Source: a virus
IMG/VR virus record: IMGVR_UViG_3300045808_000037
Length of the DNA stretch: 64,000 bases
Reading direction: 5' to 3' (one strand)
The notes beneath the pieces are model-generated. The model was not told the origin of the DNA. It worked only from the letters and a program-made list of their open reading frames with translations, and searched no databases. Both the position numbers and the translations under genes were made by a program. Every line of letters begins with the position of its first letter. Within the stretch, counting starts at the first letter, position 1. Positions 1 through 7,847 of the stretch are shown here, in pieces.

Positions 1-32
1 ATCGTCAGCGATAAATGAACGGAGGTAGGAAA

Positions 33-365
33 ATGAAATTAACTAAACATGGAGTAGCCACGTTCTACAAAGATCATGAAGTAGAAAGACGTTGGTATTC
101 ATCGAAAGAAGCAGCTGAAAACTCATTAAAACGTAAAAGTAATGATGTGTTCCGAAAGTACATTGGTACGAAAGTAATAGAAATGTACTGCAATGCATGT
201 GATAAGGATTTGGAACCTGGAGACACATATATTAAGCAGGACGAAGAAACCAGATATTGCGAGAACTGTTATGAAGAAAATACAGTTACCTACTATACAG
301 TGGGTGGAGAGCCTGTGGGTGGTGGAGACGATATCGAAGCTTTCGATACTTGGGATCAGGAGTGA
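33..365 (+). CDS. Phage hypothetical protein with CxxC...CxxC zinc-ribbon-like motif
   Basis: ORF 15..365; GGAGGTAGG SD favours ATG at 33; CNAC and CENC motifs. Confidence 0.7.
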   Translation: MKLTKHGVATFYKDHEVERRWYSSKEAAENSLKRKSNDVFRKYIGTKVIEMYCNACDKDLEPGDTYIKQDEETRYCENCYEENTVTYYTVGGEPVGGGDDIEAFDTWDQE

Positions 366-380
366 AACAGGAGGGATAAG

Positions 381-905
381 ATGGTACCAAAATTTAGAGG
401 TTGGCATAAAGAATTAGAACAAATGATTTACGGTAAAGAAGTTTGTGGACACATTGAATACACAACTAATCTGATTGATGCTCTTAATACGATGCTTAAT
501 GAAGATGATTATGATATAGAAGTCATGCAATCAACAGGCTTGAAAGGGTATATGTCAGATTCACACGAAGACGATGAGGAAAAGGACGTTTATAGAGGTG
601 ACATCATTGACATCTTTTGGGAAGAGTGGCCTATGGGCTATTACCAAGAAAATCATATGGTTGGAGTAGTTGATAAAGACGAAACAGGAACAGCATGGAT
701 AATCAAAGATGCCAAGTATGATTTCGACACTCCCAAACCTATACCTAGTGAAGTTGATGGTATTTCTGTTTCCATGAGTTTACCTGATGCGGAAGATTTA
801 GAAGAAATATTCTTGCACAATTTTAATTTAACATCTAGCGATATAACTATTTTAGGCAACATCTACGAGAATCCAGAACTGTTGGATCAATCCAATGAAA
901 GTTAA
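381..905 (+). CDS. yopX: YopX family phage protein
   Basis: MVPKFRGW N-terminus, [15 protein letters not shown] and [12 protein letters not shown] motifs. Confidence 0.9.
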   Translation: MVPKFRGWHKELEQMIYGKEVCGHIEYTTNLIDALNTMLNEDDYDIEVMQSTGLKGYMSDSHEDDEEKDVYRGDIIDIFWEEWPMGYYQENHMVGVVDKDETGTAWIIKDAKYDFDTPKPIPSEVDGISVSMSLPDAEDLEEIFLHNFNLTSSDITILGNIYENPELLDQSNES

Positions 906-1095
906 TCATTTTACGGTACTGGCTGTTGTATCAATACTGCTAACGATTGCAGGCCTAAGTTGGCTATCCTATACAATTGTGGACCAACAGAAACAGATTG
1001 AGCAGTTACAAGAACAGCTGCAGCACGAGCAGATGAAGTACAAGATTATTATCAGCGATCCGTTAGTCAGGGATGCGATGGAAGCAGGGGGATGA
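895..1095 (+). CDS. Small membrane/coiled-coil phage protein
   Basis: N-terminal TM helix; near-identical paralog at 42235..42435. Confidence 0.75.
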   Translation: MKVNHFTVLAVVSILLTIAGLSWLSYTIVDQQKQIEQLQEQLQHEQMKYKIIISDPLVRDAMEAGG

Positions 1096-1100
1096 AATAA

Positions 1101-1586
1101 ATGTTAAAAGAAATAGGACGGATTGCTTTTCATGGTATGAATTCGAACGATGAAGAAGTCATGAAGGCTTGCTTGGAAAAAATATGGATCATGTCCGTTG
1201 AGAATGTTTCAGAATCAGAAGCCAGTAAAAAAATGAATGACAATCAAAAAGATAAAATCAAGGCAGATGATGATCGTGGGGTATATTTGGTTAAAAAATA
1301 CGGTACATACAAAGGGTACTCAAAATTCAAATTGGCGTTAGATTTCTTTCAAATGAGTAATGACCGCTTTTTTGAAATATATAAGTTTAACTTTGTCCCT
1401 CGAGGTGAATTGTATGAGGTAGCCAGATCATATATAACCGGAAGACAATTGAGTATGGGTTTAAAAGTTGGAGCAAGTATTTCTGCCAATATGTTAAGTC
1501 GTTCCGGAATGGAGATAGATGTTTCTAGTAGTATTGCGAATCAGATCCGTAATTCTGTAAAAAATTCGTTTAGGCTAGGGGGGTAA
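1101..1586 (+). CDS. Phage hypothetical protein
   Basis: 161-aa ORF in operon context; absent from the equivalent slot of prophage 2. Confidence 0.7.
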   Translation: MLKEIGRIAFHGMNSNDEEVMKACLEKIWIMSVENVSESEASKKMNDNQKDKIKADDDRGVYLVKKYGTYKGYSKFKLALDFFQMSNDRFFEIYKFNFVPRGELYEVARSYITGRQLSMGLKVGASISANMLSRSGMEIDVSSSIANQIRNSVKNSFRLGG

Positions 1587-1823
1587 ATGATGGATTTTGC
1601 AGTGTTGGTAGCCGTGGCACTTTTTGCGACAGTATTTGCTAGTGTAATTTTCGGTAAAGAATTAGATGAAAAGGAGAAACAAGCCATTGCCAAAGAAAAG
1701 TTTCAATCAAGTCAACCTATAAATAAAGAGGAGCAAGATTATGGAGGAAGCTATTTTATGGAACAAGATGGCTTTGATCATCGAAGTGATCGTCACAGAG
1801 CAGTTAAAAGAGATCGAAAGTAA
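1587..1823 (+). CDS. Small membrane protein
   Basis: N-terminal TM helix; N-terminal half shared with 42439..42615. Confidence 0.7.
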   Translation: MMDFAVLVAVALFATVFASVIFGKELDEKEKQAIAKEKFQSSQPINKEEQDYGGSYFMEQDGFDHRSDRHRAVKRDRK

Positions 1824-1925
1824 AGCAAAATAAAAAGCATTAAGCAATCGCCCAATGCCCCCAAAATAATGATTTTGTCCCCGCCAAGGTAACTTCATTA
1901 TACCAAACAAAGGGGCGATTGAGCA

Positions 1926-2342
1926 ATGATGCTATTACTAAGAGAAGTTGATTTCTCTCAAACGAGAAAGAATGCACGATATGTTTTGAAGAACTACCGT
2001 CGGTTGGAGCGGATTGCAGGTCGTTCAAAGATCGATGTCCGCTCACCGATTATTACTGATATGCCTAGAACACCTAGTAATGGAAACAAGTCCGAGGATG
2101 CTTTTATTCAAAGATTGGATGCAGAAACAGAAAGAGATGCAATAATCGTGGCACTTATGGCATTGAAACTAACGAGCAGACAGATACTTCATTATAGCTT
2201 CTGCTTACAAGATCAGTATTCTAATCTAAGGATCGCAGATGAGATGGGCTATTCAGTTCGGCAAATTGAGCGAATGAAATCAGATGCATTGGTTGAATTT
2301 GCTGAAAGTTATCGTCGTGGCAAGCTTGTCGCTTATCGATGA
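1926..2342 (+). CDS. arpU: ArpU family late transcriptional activator
   Basis: LKNYRRLERIAGR...SPIITDMP N-terminus, sigma4-like C-terminal HTH (IADEMGYSVRQIERMKSDALVEFAESY), located just before the packaging genes. Confidence 0.9.
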   Translation: MMLLLREVDFSQTRKNARYVLKNYRRLERIAGRSKIDVRSPIITDMPRTPSNGNKSEDAFIQRLDAETERDAIIVALMALKLTSRQILHYSFCLQDQYSNLRIADEMGYSVRQIERMKSDALVEFAESYRRGKLVAYR

Positions 2343-2346
2343 AAAA

Positions 2347-2401
2347 TGGCGGTTTTTTGGCGGTATAATGGCGGTTTAATGACAATAATCCATAGTAAGA
2401 T
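2347..2401 (+). promoter_or_regulatory. Late promoter of prophage 1: three TGGCGGT repeats (11-bp period) and -10 TAAGAT
   Basis: TGGCGGT at 2347, 2358, 2369; TAAGAT at 2396-2401 followed by AGTATT, as in the prophage 2 counterpart; no sigmaA -35. Confidence 0.65.
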
Positions 2402-2424
2402 AGTATTATCAATTATTGTAAATA

Positions 2425-2570
2425 ACAGGGCGCACTCCTTTAAGATACGTTGGCAGACCTCCTTTCTGAAAATTATTCCCAGCGCCCTGTATTTAACTAA
2501 GACGGCGACAAAAAATCTATTATGAATGGAGTTGAACACACTCCTTATCTTCATTCGCTAGCCGTCTTTT
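2425..2570 (+). ncRNA. Two conserved hairpins of the late leader RNA (ACAGGGCGC/GCGCCCTGT and AAGACGGC/GCCGTCTT)
   Basis: Long inverted repeats; homologous copy at ~43584-43722 with pairing preserved. Confidence 0.6.
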
Positions 2571-2575
2571 TTTAT

Positions 2576-2650
2576 GTCACTGTGGCAGAGTGGTATTGCC
2601 TATCTCAAAACGAGGTAAGACTTGTGAGGTTCAAATCCTCACCAGTGACT
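2576..2650 (+). ncRNA. tRNA-like cloverleaf with non-canonical anticodon loop
   Basis: Acceptor GTCACTG/CAGTGAC, D arm GCAG/TTGC with GG, arm TATCT-CAAAACG-AGGTA (no U33), T arm GTGAGG-TTCAAAT-CCTCAC; no encoded CCA. Confidence 0.7.
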
Positions 2651-2699
2651 TTGGGAGTTGGCAATTAGATTACTCACATGATCTTTGGTGCTTCCTACT

Positions 2700-2725
2700 A
2701 AACAGTCCCTAGGGGCTGTTTTTTT
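2700..2725 (+). terminator. Intrinsic terminator ending the late leader
   Basis: AAACAGTCCC-TA-GGGGCTGTTT followed by a T run; compensatory variant at 43868-43891. Confidence 0.8.
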
Positions 2726-2728
2726 CTA

Positions 2729-2757
2729 TTGGGTATCACTTGATTTATTGATATCAT
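2729..2757 (+). promoter_or_regulatory. Putative sigmaA promoter for the cargo gene
   Basis: TTGGGT-17 bp-TATCAT with extended -10 TG. Confidence 0.5.
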
Positions 2758-2769
2758 GTAGGAAAGGGA

Positions 2770-3738
2770 GTGGAGAATGTGAACGATAAAAAATCTGATA
2801 ACTACGTACCTGAGATCAACCTAAAAATTCCAGACCACATAATTAGTTATAGTGAAAGAATCACAAAGATTGTTAATGAACACACTAGATCATTTGAAAA
2901 TCTGAACGAAACTTTTCATAAAATTGAAGAAATGGTTGCATCAAGTCTATCTTCAAAAATGAAGGCGATAATTAATGTGCAAAATCAAGCTATAAATACG
3001 CTAAATTCATTTTCACAAAATGTTTCAGAAAATTTAAATTTAATCAATATGAATCAAAAAATTTCTGAGATTATGTCAGCTGTAAATTGGAAAGGAATAT
3101 TAGATAAAGCAAATCGGGCCAAAGAAATTAATGCGGAGGCAGATCCCGAAATTTTGACAAAATTAGCTGATTTGGGGTGGTCAGCACCTACATGTATTTA
3201 TATACCTTTACATTTGTATAGTCTAAAACATGAAGAAAATCTTAACAAACATATGATTCGATTATACTGTAGAAATAATTTCGGGTATTTAATTGAAACT
3301 TTAAACACTATATCGGATTCACTAGATGATGATTTTAAGATAATAGTATTTCAAATGATTGATGTTTTGAACGATGATTGGAAAAAATACAAACTTTGTA
3401 CAGCAAATTTATTTATGATTTTAGAACATTTGTCAGTTATGAAAGTACACCCAGAATTGAAAACTAAACGTCTTCTTAATAAACCAATGATAGAAGAGTT
3501 GATGGCAGATAATGGGGAAGGAGACATATATTCTGCTGCTAAAGGTGAATGTAAAAAAGCAATAAAAGCATATTATGACCACCAAAATTTTGAGGAAATT
3601 ACCGAGCTTAAGTTTGGCAGACACTCTTTTTTACATGGAAGATATTCACCGGAAAAATTATCATTTCTAGACTTTTTAAAATTAGTAAATTGTATAGGTT
3701 TTTATTTTGAAGTTACAGAAGAACTAGAAATAGTATGA
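2770..3738 (+). CDS. Moron protein with C-terminal HEPN-like RxxxxH motif (putative RNase/defence toxin)
   Basis: FGRHSFLHG motif followed by a terminal helix; AT-rich; own putative promoter; inserted before terS. Confidence 0.6.
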   Translation: MENVNDKKSDNYVPEINLKIPDHIISYSERITKIVNEHTRSFENLNETFHKIEEMVASSLSSKMKAIINVQNQAINTLNSFSQNVSENLNLINMNQKISEIMSAVNWKGILDKANRAKEINAEADPEILTKLADLGWSAPTCIYIPLHLYSLKHEENLNKHMIRLYCRNNFGYLIETLNTISDSLDDDFKIIVFQMIDVLNDDWKKYKLCTANLFMILEHLSVMKVHPELKTKRLLNKPMIEELMADNGEGDIYSAAKGECKKAIKAYYDHQNFEEITELKFGRHSFLHGRYSPEKLSFLDFLKLVNCIGFYFEVTEELEIV

Positions 3739-3762
3739 CAAATACAGAAAAAGGTGAGAGTA

Positions 3763-4215
3763 GTGAAACTAACTGAAAAGCAACGTAGATTTGCGGATGA
3801 GTACATTATCAGCGGTAATGCTACTCAAGCCGCTATTTCTGCTGGGTACAGCAAACGAACTGCTAAGTCTGTAGGTAGTGAGAACCTGACAAAACCTGAC
3901 ATTAGACAATATATAGACGAAAGACTTGAACAGCTGCAATCAGAAAAAATCGCTAATCAAGAAGAGGTCCTGGAATATTTGAGTAAGGTTATGCGAGGAG
4001 AAGAAACAGATCAAACGGTAGTCTTTCAAGGATCTGAATACGGTTCAACGATAGAAGATGTGCAAGTAGCTAATAAAGATCGTATAAGAGCAGCTGAACT
4101 CCTTGGCAAAAGGTATAGCCTATGGACTGATAAAGTGGAACTAGATGGCAATATGGATCTGAAAGTGGTGGTTGATTATGGCGATGGCGAAAACGAAGCG
4201 CCAAATGATAGTTAA
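3763..4215 (+). CDS. terS: Terminase small subunit
   Basis: KLTEKQRRFADEYIISGNATQAAISAGYS, DRIRAAELLGKRY; AAAGGTGA SD favours GTG at 3763. Confidence 0.92.
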   Translation: MKLTEKQRRFADEYIISGNATQAAISAGYSKRTAKSVGSENLTKPDIRQYIDERLEQLQSEKIANQEEVLEYLSKVMRGEETDQTVVFQGSEYGSTIEDVQVANKDRIRAAELLGKRYSLWTDKVELDGNMDLKVVVDYGDGENEAPNDS

Positions 4216-5473
4216 GGTACAATTTAACCGAAATTTCCAAACATACAATACCACTAGGAAAAGATATCGATTAGCTAAAGGATCAGCTGGTTCTGGTAAA
4301 TCAGTAAATACTGCGCAAGACTTTATCATAAAACTTGGAGATCCGAAGTATAAAGGAGCAAATCTTCTTTGTGTTCGTAAAGTCGCCGAGTCAAATAAAG
4401 ATAGTACGTATGCTGAATTGAAGTCTGCTATCTATAAGATTTACGGATCTGACTACCACAAATATTGGTCCATTAAATCATCGCCTATGATGCTCGAATC
4501 AAAGATTACTGGCAATCAAGTGATATTTCGTGGGATGAAAGATGACGGACAGCGAGAAAAAGTAAAATCTATTACTTTTGACCGTGGTAAACTCACATGG
4601 ATATGGATCGAGGAAGCGACAGAACTTTATGAAGCCGATGTAGATATTCTCGATGACCGTTTACGTGGTAATTTGGATTTTAACCCATATCTTTACTATC
4701 AAATGACATTTACTTTTAACCCGGTATCAGCTACTCACTGGATCAAGTCAAAGTACTTTGATGTAACGCATCCAGACATTTTTACTCATCAATCAACATA
4801 TCTACAGAATCGATTCATTGATGAAGCCTATCACCGGCGGATGATGATGCGAAAAGAGCGTGATCCTGATGGATATCAAATCTATGGACTCGGCGAATGG
4901 GGTGAGTCTGGTGGACTTATCCTTACTAATTATATTGTAGAAAACTTTAACACAGACCCAGAACGTTTTGACTACATGGTTAACGCTCAAGACTTCGGAT
5001 TCAATCATGCCAATGCTATTGGTGAAATTGGATTTAAAGATGGCGAGCTTTTTTTGTGCCGTGAAATCTATGAGTTCGAAAAAGATACGAGTGAGCTTAT
5101 TGCAATCGCTAATGAAAAAAGAATCAATAAAAAGCTGGTTATGTGGTGTGATTCTGCCGAACCGGATCGAATTAAAATGTGGCGCAAAGCTGGCTATCAT
5201 GCTGAACCTGTTGTAAAAGAACCCGGAAGTGTGTCAGCACAGATCGATTATTTGAAGCAGATGCGCATCCATATCCATCCAAGTTGTACAAATACAATCA
5301 AAGAAATACAACAATGGAAGTGGAGAAAGGACGAGAAATCAAATACTTTTACGGACGATCCGGTGAATTTCTTTGATGATGCAATGGCGATGTTACGATA
5401 CTCTATTGAGCTGGAAAGACGTAAAGGTCAGCAAGCCAAGAAAAGACGCACAAATAGAAAAACAGCATTTTAG
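4172..5473 (+). CDS. terL: PBSX-family terminase large subunit
   Basis: Walker A GSAGSGKS, Walker B WIEEA, TFNP, C-terminal nuclease DFG...DDAMAMLRY. Confidence 0.93.
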   Translation: MIMAMAKTKRQMIVKVQFNRNFQTYNTTRKRYRLAKGSAGSGKSVNTAQDFIIKLGDPKYKGANLLCVRKVAESNKDSTYAELKSAIYKIYGSDYHKYWSIKSSPMMLESKITGNQVIFRGMKDDGQREKVKSITFDRGKLTWIWIEEATELYEADVDILDDRLRGNLDFNPYLYYQMTFTFNPVSATHWIKSKYFDVTHPDIFTHQSTYLQNRFIDEAYHRRMMMRKERDPDGYQIYGLGEWGESGGLILTNYIVENFNTDPERFDYMVNAQDFGFNHANAIGEIGFKDGELFLCREIYEFEKDTSELIAIANEKRINKKLVMWCDSAEPDRIKMWRKAGYHAEPVVKEPGSVSAQIDYLKQMRIHIHPSCTNTIKEIQQWKWRKDEKSNTFTDDPVNFFDDAMAMLRYSIELERRKGQQAKKRRTNRKTAF

Positions 5474-5484
5474 GAGGTGGTTTC

Positions 5485-7017
5485 TTGACATCAAAAATTA
5501 TTAGTGGCGGATCGTCAGGATCTGTTCCTAAAGAATATATCAAAAAGAACGTGAGCATTGAGAAGAAAAGAACTCTAAAGTTTAAGTCTGCAGGTGGTTT
5601 TGATCAAAGAAGAGATTTGACCCAATTATCTCCACCATATGATATTGCTACTTTACGATCAATCACCGATATATCTGACATTCTGAACCAATCAATTGAA
5701 GCATACGTAACGAACGTGGCTGGATTCGGTTTTGGTATACGTTACAAGGTTGACGACACCGAAGAAACAGCAGAAATGAAGGCAGAATGGAATCAATTGG
5801 ATACCCTACTCAAAGAATTATCCTTTGAACGTCCGCCAAAAGAAGTTATTGAGGAGGTCATTCGACATGTTGAAGAATGCGGGAATGGCTATATTGAAGT
5901 TATTCGTAATCTTAAAGGTGATGTTGTAGGAATTGATTCTGTAAAGCCTGAGTACATGACTGTTACCAAACTAAATAGAGTTATAAATGCGGACGGATCA
6001 GAGATTAAGGTCCGCTATTTTGTTTTTCGTGATTCTATGGATGATTCTGTTAAAGAATCTGGAACATGGTATAAAACCTATGGGGACCCTACTCCGTTGA
6101 ATTCAAATGGAAGCGTGGGTTCTGAGGGGCAAGGCACAGCTACTGAAATCATTCACCTTAAAAATGGTGATTTTCAAGATCCTTATGGCAAGCCTCGCTG
6201 GGTAGGTCCATTGATTAAAATACTTGGAAATCGCAAGGCCGACGAATTGAACTATCGATATTTTACTCAGGGAAGACATATTCCTCTTGCCATCACGCTA
6301 GAGAATGCGCAGCTGACTGAACAATCCGAAGCCACATTACAGGCATATGCTAATGCAATTGGTGGGGAAGAAAATCAGCATAAGTTTTTATTGCTAGAAG
6401 CTGAAAAAGTAAGTCCTGCAGAAGAAGGTTTAGGATATGGGGAAGATAAATTCAAGCCAGCCATTAACATTGAGAAACTAGCTGACATCTTACAAAAAGA
6501 TGCTCTATTTCTTGAGTATGATGAGAACGTCATTGAATCAGTCCTTGGAGCATTCCGTTTGCCCCCAATTTATGTAGCAAGATCAAGCGACTATACAAGA
6601 GCTACTGCTGAGACTGCTAAAGAACTGACGGAAGAGCAAGTGTTCCAGCCCATGCGAGAATCTTACGATTGGCGTATTAATTCGCTTTTTAGGGAATATG
6701 AATTCAAGTATGTAGAAGTATTTCTGAAATCATCCAATCTTGTAAATATGGAGGATGTTAAAGCGATTCTCACACCAGCTATCCAAGCAAATGCAGTCGC
6801 TCCAAATGATTTGAGGGATATTCTTTCAAAAGCCCTCAATAAGCCGCTAGAAGCTTTTGATGGAGAAGAGTACAATTATCCACTTAACAGACAATCATCG
6901 TCATCAGCGTTTAATCTTGGTGATTTGGACGTAGCTAAGGCATATGGTGAAGGAGAAGTAAGTGAAGTTGCAGCAAGTATTCGGCGTATGATCCGGAGTG
7001 TGAAGTCTGATGAATGA
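5485..7017 (+). CDS. Portal protein (PBSX/XkdE-like)
   Basis: Position after terL; GNGYIEVIRN, YGKPRW, AFRLPP motifs. Confidence 0.88.
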   Translation: MTSKIISGGSSGSVPKEYIKKNVSIEKKRTLKFKSAGGFDQRRDLTQLSPPYDIATLRSITDISDILNQSIEAYVTNVAGFGFGIRYKVDDTEETAEMKAEWNQLDTLLKELSFERPPKEVIEEVIRHVEECGNGYIEVIRNLKGDVVGIDSVKPEYMTVTKLNRVINADGSEIKVRYFVFRDSMDDSVKESGTWYKTYGDPTPLNSNGSVGSEGQGTATEIIHLKNGDFQDPYGKPRWVGPLIKILGNRKADELNYRYFTQGRHIPLAITLENAQLTEQSEATLQAYANAIGGEENQHKFLLLEAEKVSPAEEGLGYGEDKFKPAINIEKLADILQKDALFLEYDENVIESVLGAFRLPPIYVARSSDYTRATAETAKELTEEQVFQPMRESYDWRINSLFREYEFKYVEVFLKSSNLVNMEDVKAILTPAIQANAVAPNDLRDILSKALNKPLEAFDGEEYNYPLNRQSSSSAFNLGDLDVAKAYGEGEVSEVAASIRRMIRSVKSDE

Positions 7018-7828
7018 TGAAGAGTTAATTAAAGCCGCTTTACAGTTAAAAAAAGAAGAGGATGATGAACTGGCTAAGCTTCTAGAAAAAGCAGGCTTTT
7101 TATTTGTCCCAATATTGCTTACGTTCATCTTAAATTCAGAGGATAAGATGGATGAGACCTTGCAAATTGATTACGAGGAAGTATGGGAAAAGGTTAAAAA
7201 ATTCGTAGAGAATCGGAAAAAGAAACCTACCAAGTTATCTATAAAAGTTATGCTCCGTGGACGATCATTCAAATCAAACATGGAAGAAAGTGTTATCCCA
7301 GAACTGAGAAAAGCTTTCTTTGGGTTGTTTGATGAATTTAATGCCAAGTATGACGGATCTGAGGATTTTGATTATCAGACTAAACACTACCGAGACATCG
7401 AAAAATGGCTTAGGAAGCTGCCAAAACTAATGAACGTTTCTACAGAGAACGCTCTTGTAGGAGTGATTCAAGAATCTTTTGATGAAGGTAAAGGCATCCG
7501 ATGGTTAGAAAGTAAGCTGTCTTCACTCCCTGAATTCTCTCGCAATCGTGCCAGAACAACTGCGATCACTGAGGGATTAAGGATGTACTCTGGCAGCCAG
7601 TATGAAGCATTAATGCAAAACGATGCTGTTATTGGCATGACCTGGCGCCATACTCATGGCATCAAAGAACCGAGAAAGGGACACGAAGCGATGGACGGTC
7701 AAACAATCGCTAAAGGCGAGTATTTCATCGTCAATGGCGAAAGCTGCCGTTATCCTCGTGACCCTATGTTATCTGCTAAAGAGTCGATTCATTGTCACTG
7801 TTTTGTGGTGCCAGAAATAAAAAAATAA
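7010..7828 (+). CDS. Minor head protein (Mu gpF / SPP1 gp7-like)
   Basis: RARTTAITE, R..H..MDGQ, YPRDP...IHCHC motifs. Confidence 0.85.
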   Translation: MNDEELIKAALQLKKEEDDELAKLLEKAGFLFVPILLTFILNSEDKMDETLQIDYEEVWEKVKKFVENRKKKPTKLSIKVMLRGRSFKSNMEESVIPELRKAFFGLFDEFNAKYDGSEDFDYQTKHYRDIEKWLRKLPKLMNVSTENALVGVIQESFDEGKGIRWLESKLSSLPEFSRNRARTTAITEGLRMYSGSQYEALMQNDAVIGMTWRHTHGIKEPRKGHEAMDGQTIAKGEYFIVNGESCRYPRDPMLSAKESIHCHCFVVPEIKK

Positions 7829-7847
7829 TTAGAAAGGTGGTGAGAAA

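Noticed and set aside
2333-2554. Minus-strand ORF as a type I toxin, given AAAGGAGG/AAAGGAG on the minus strand
   Set aside because: No start codon at proper spacing after either SD-like element, and no equivalent ORF in prophage 2
2576-2650. Functional tRNA (e.g. tRNA-Phe AAA)
   Set aside because: The loop lacks U33 and a purine at 37, the T stem is 6 bp, and the second copy has no anticodon loop; reported as tRNA-like instead
2522-2668. 48-aa ORF (MNGVEHTPYLHSL...) running through the leader
   Set aside because: No SD, and the prophage 2 copy shifts frame after 15 codons and stops early; conservation fits RNA structure, not coding
2408-2725. GOLLD or ROOL large ornate RNA
   Set aside because: These occur in Lactobacillales prophages near tRNAs but are much longer than the ~300 nt available here; I cannot match their structure by eye, and an Rfam scan would settle it
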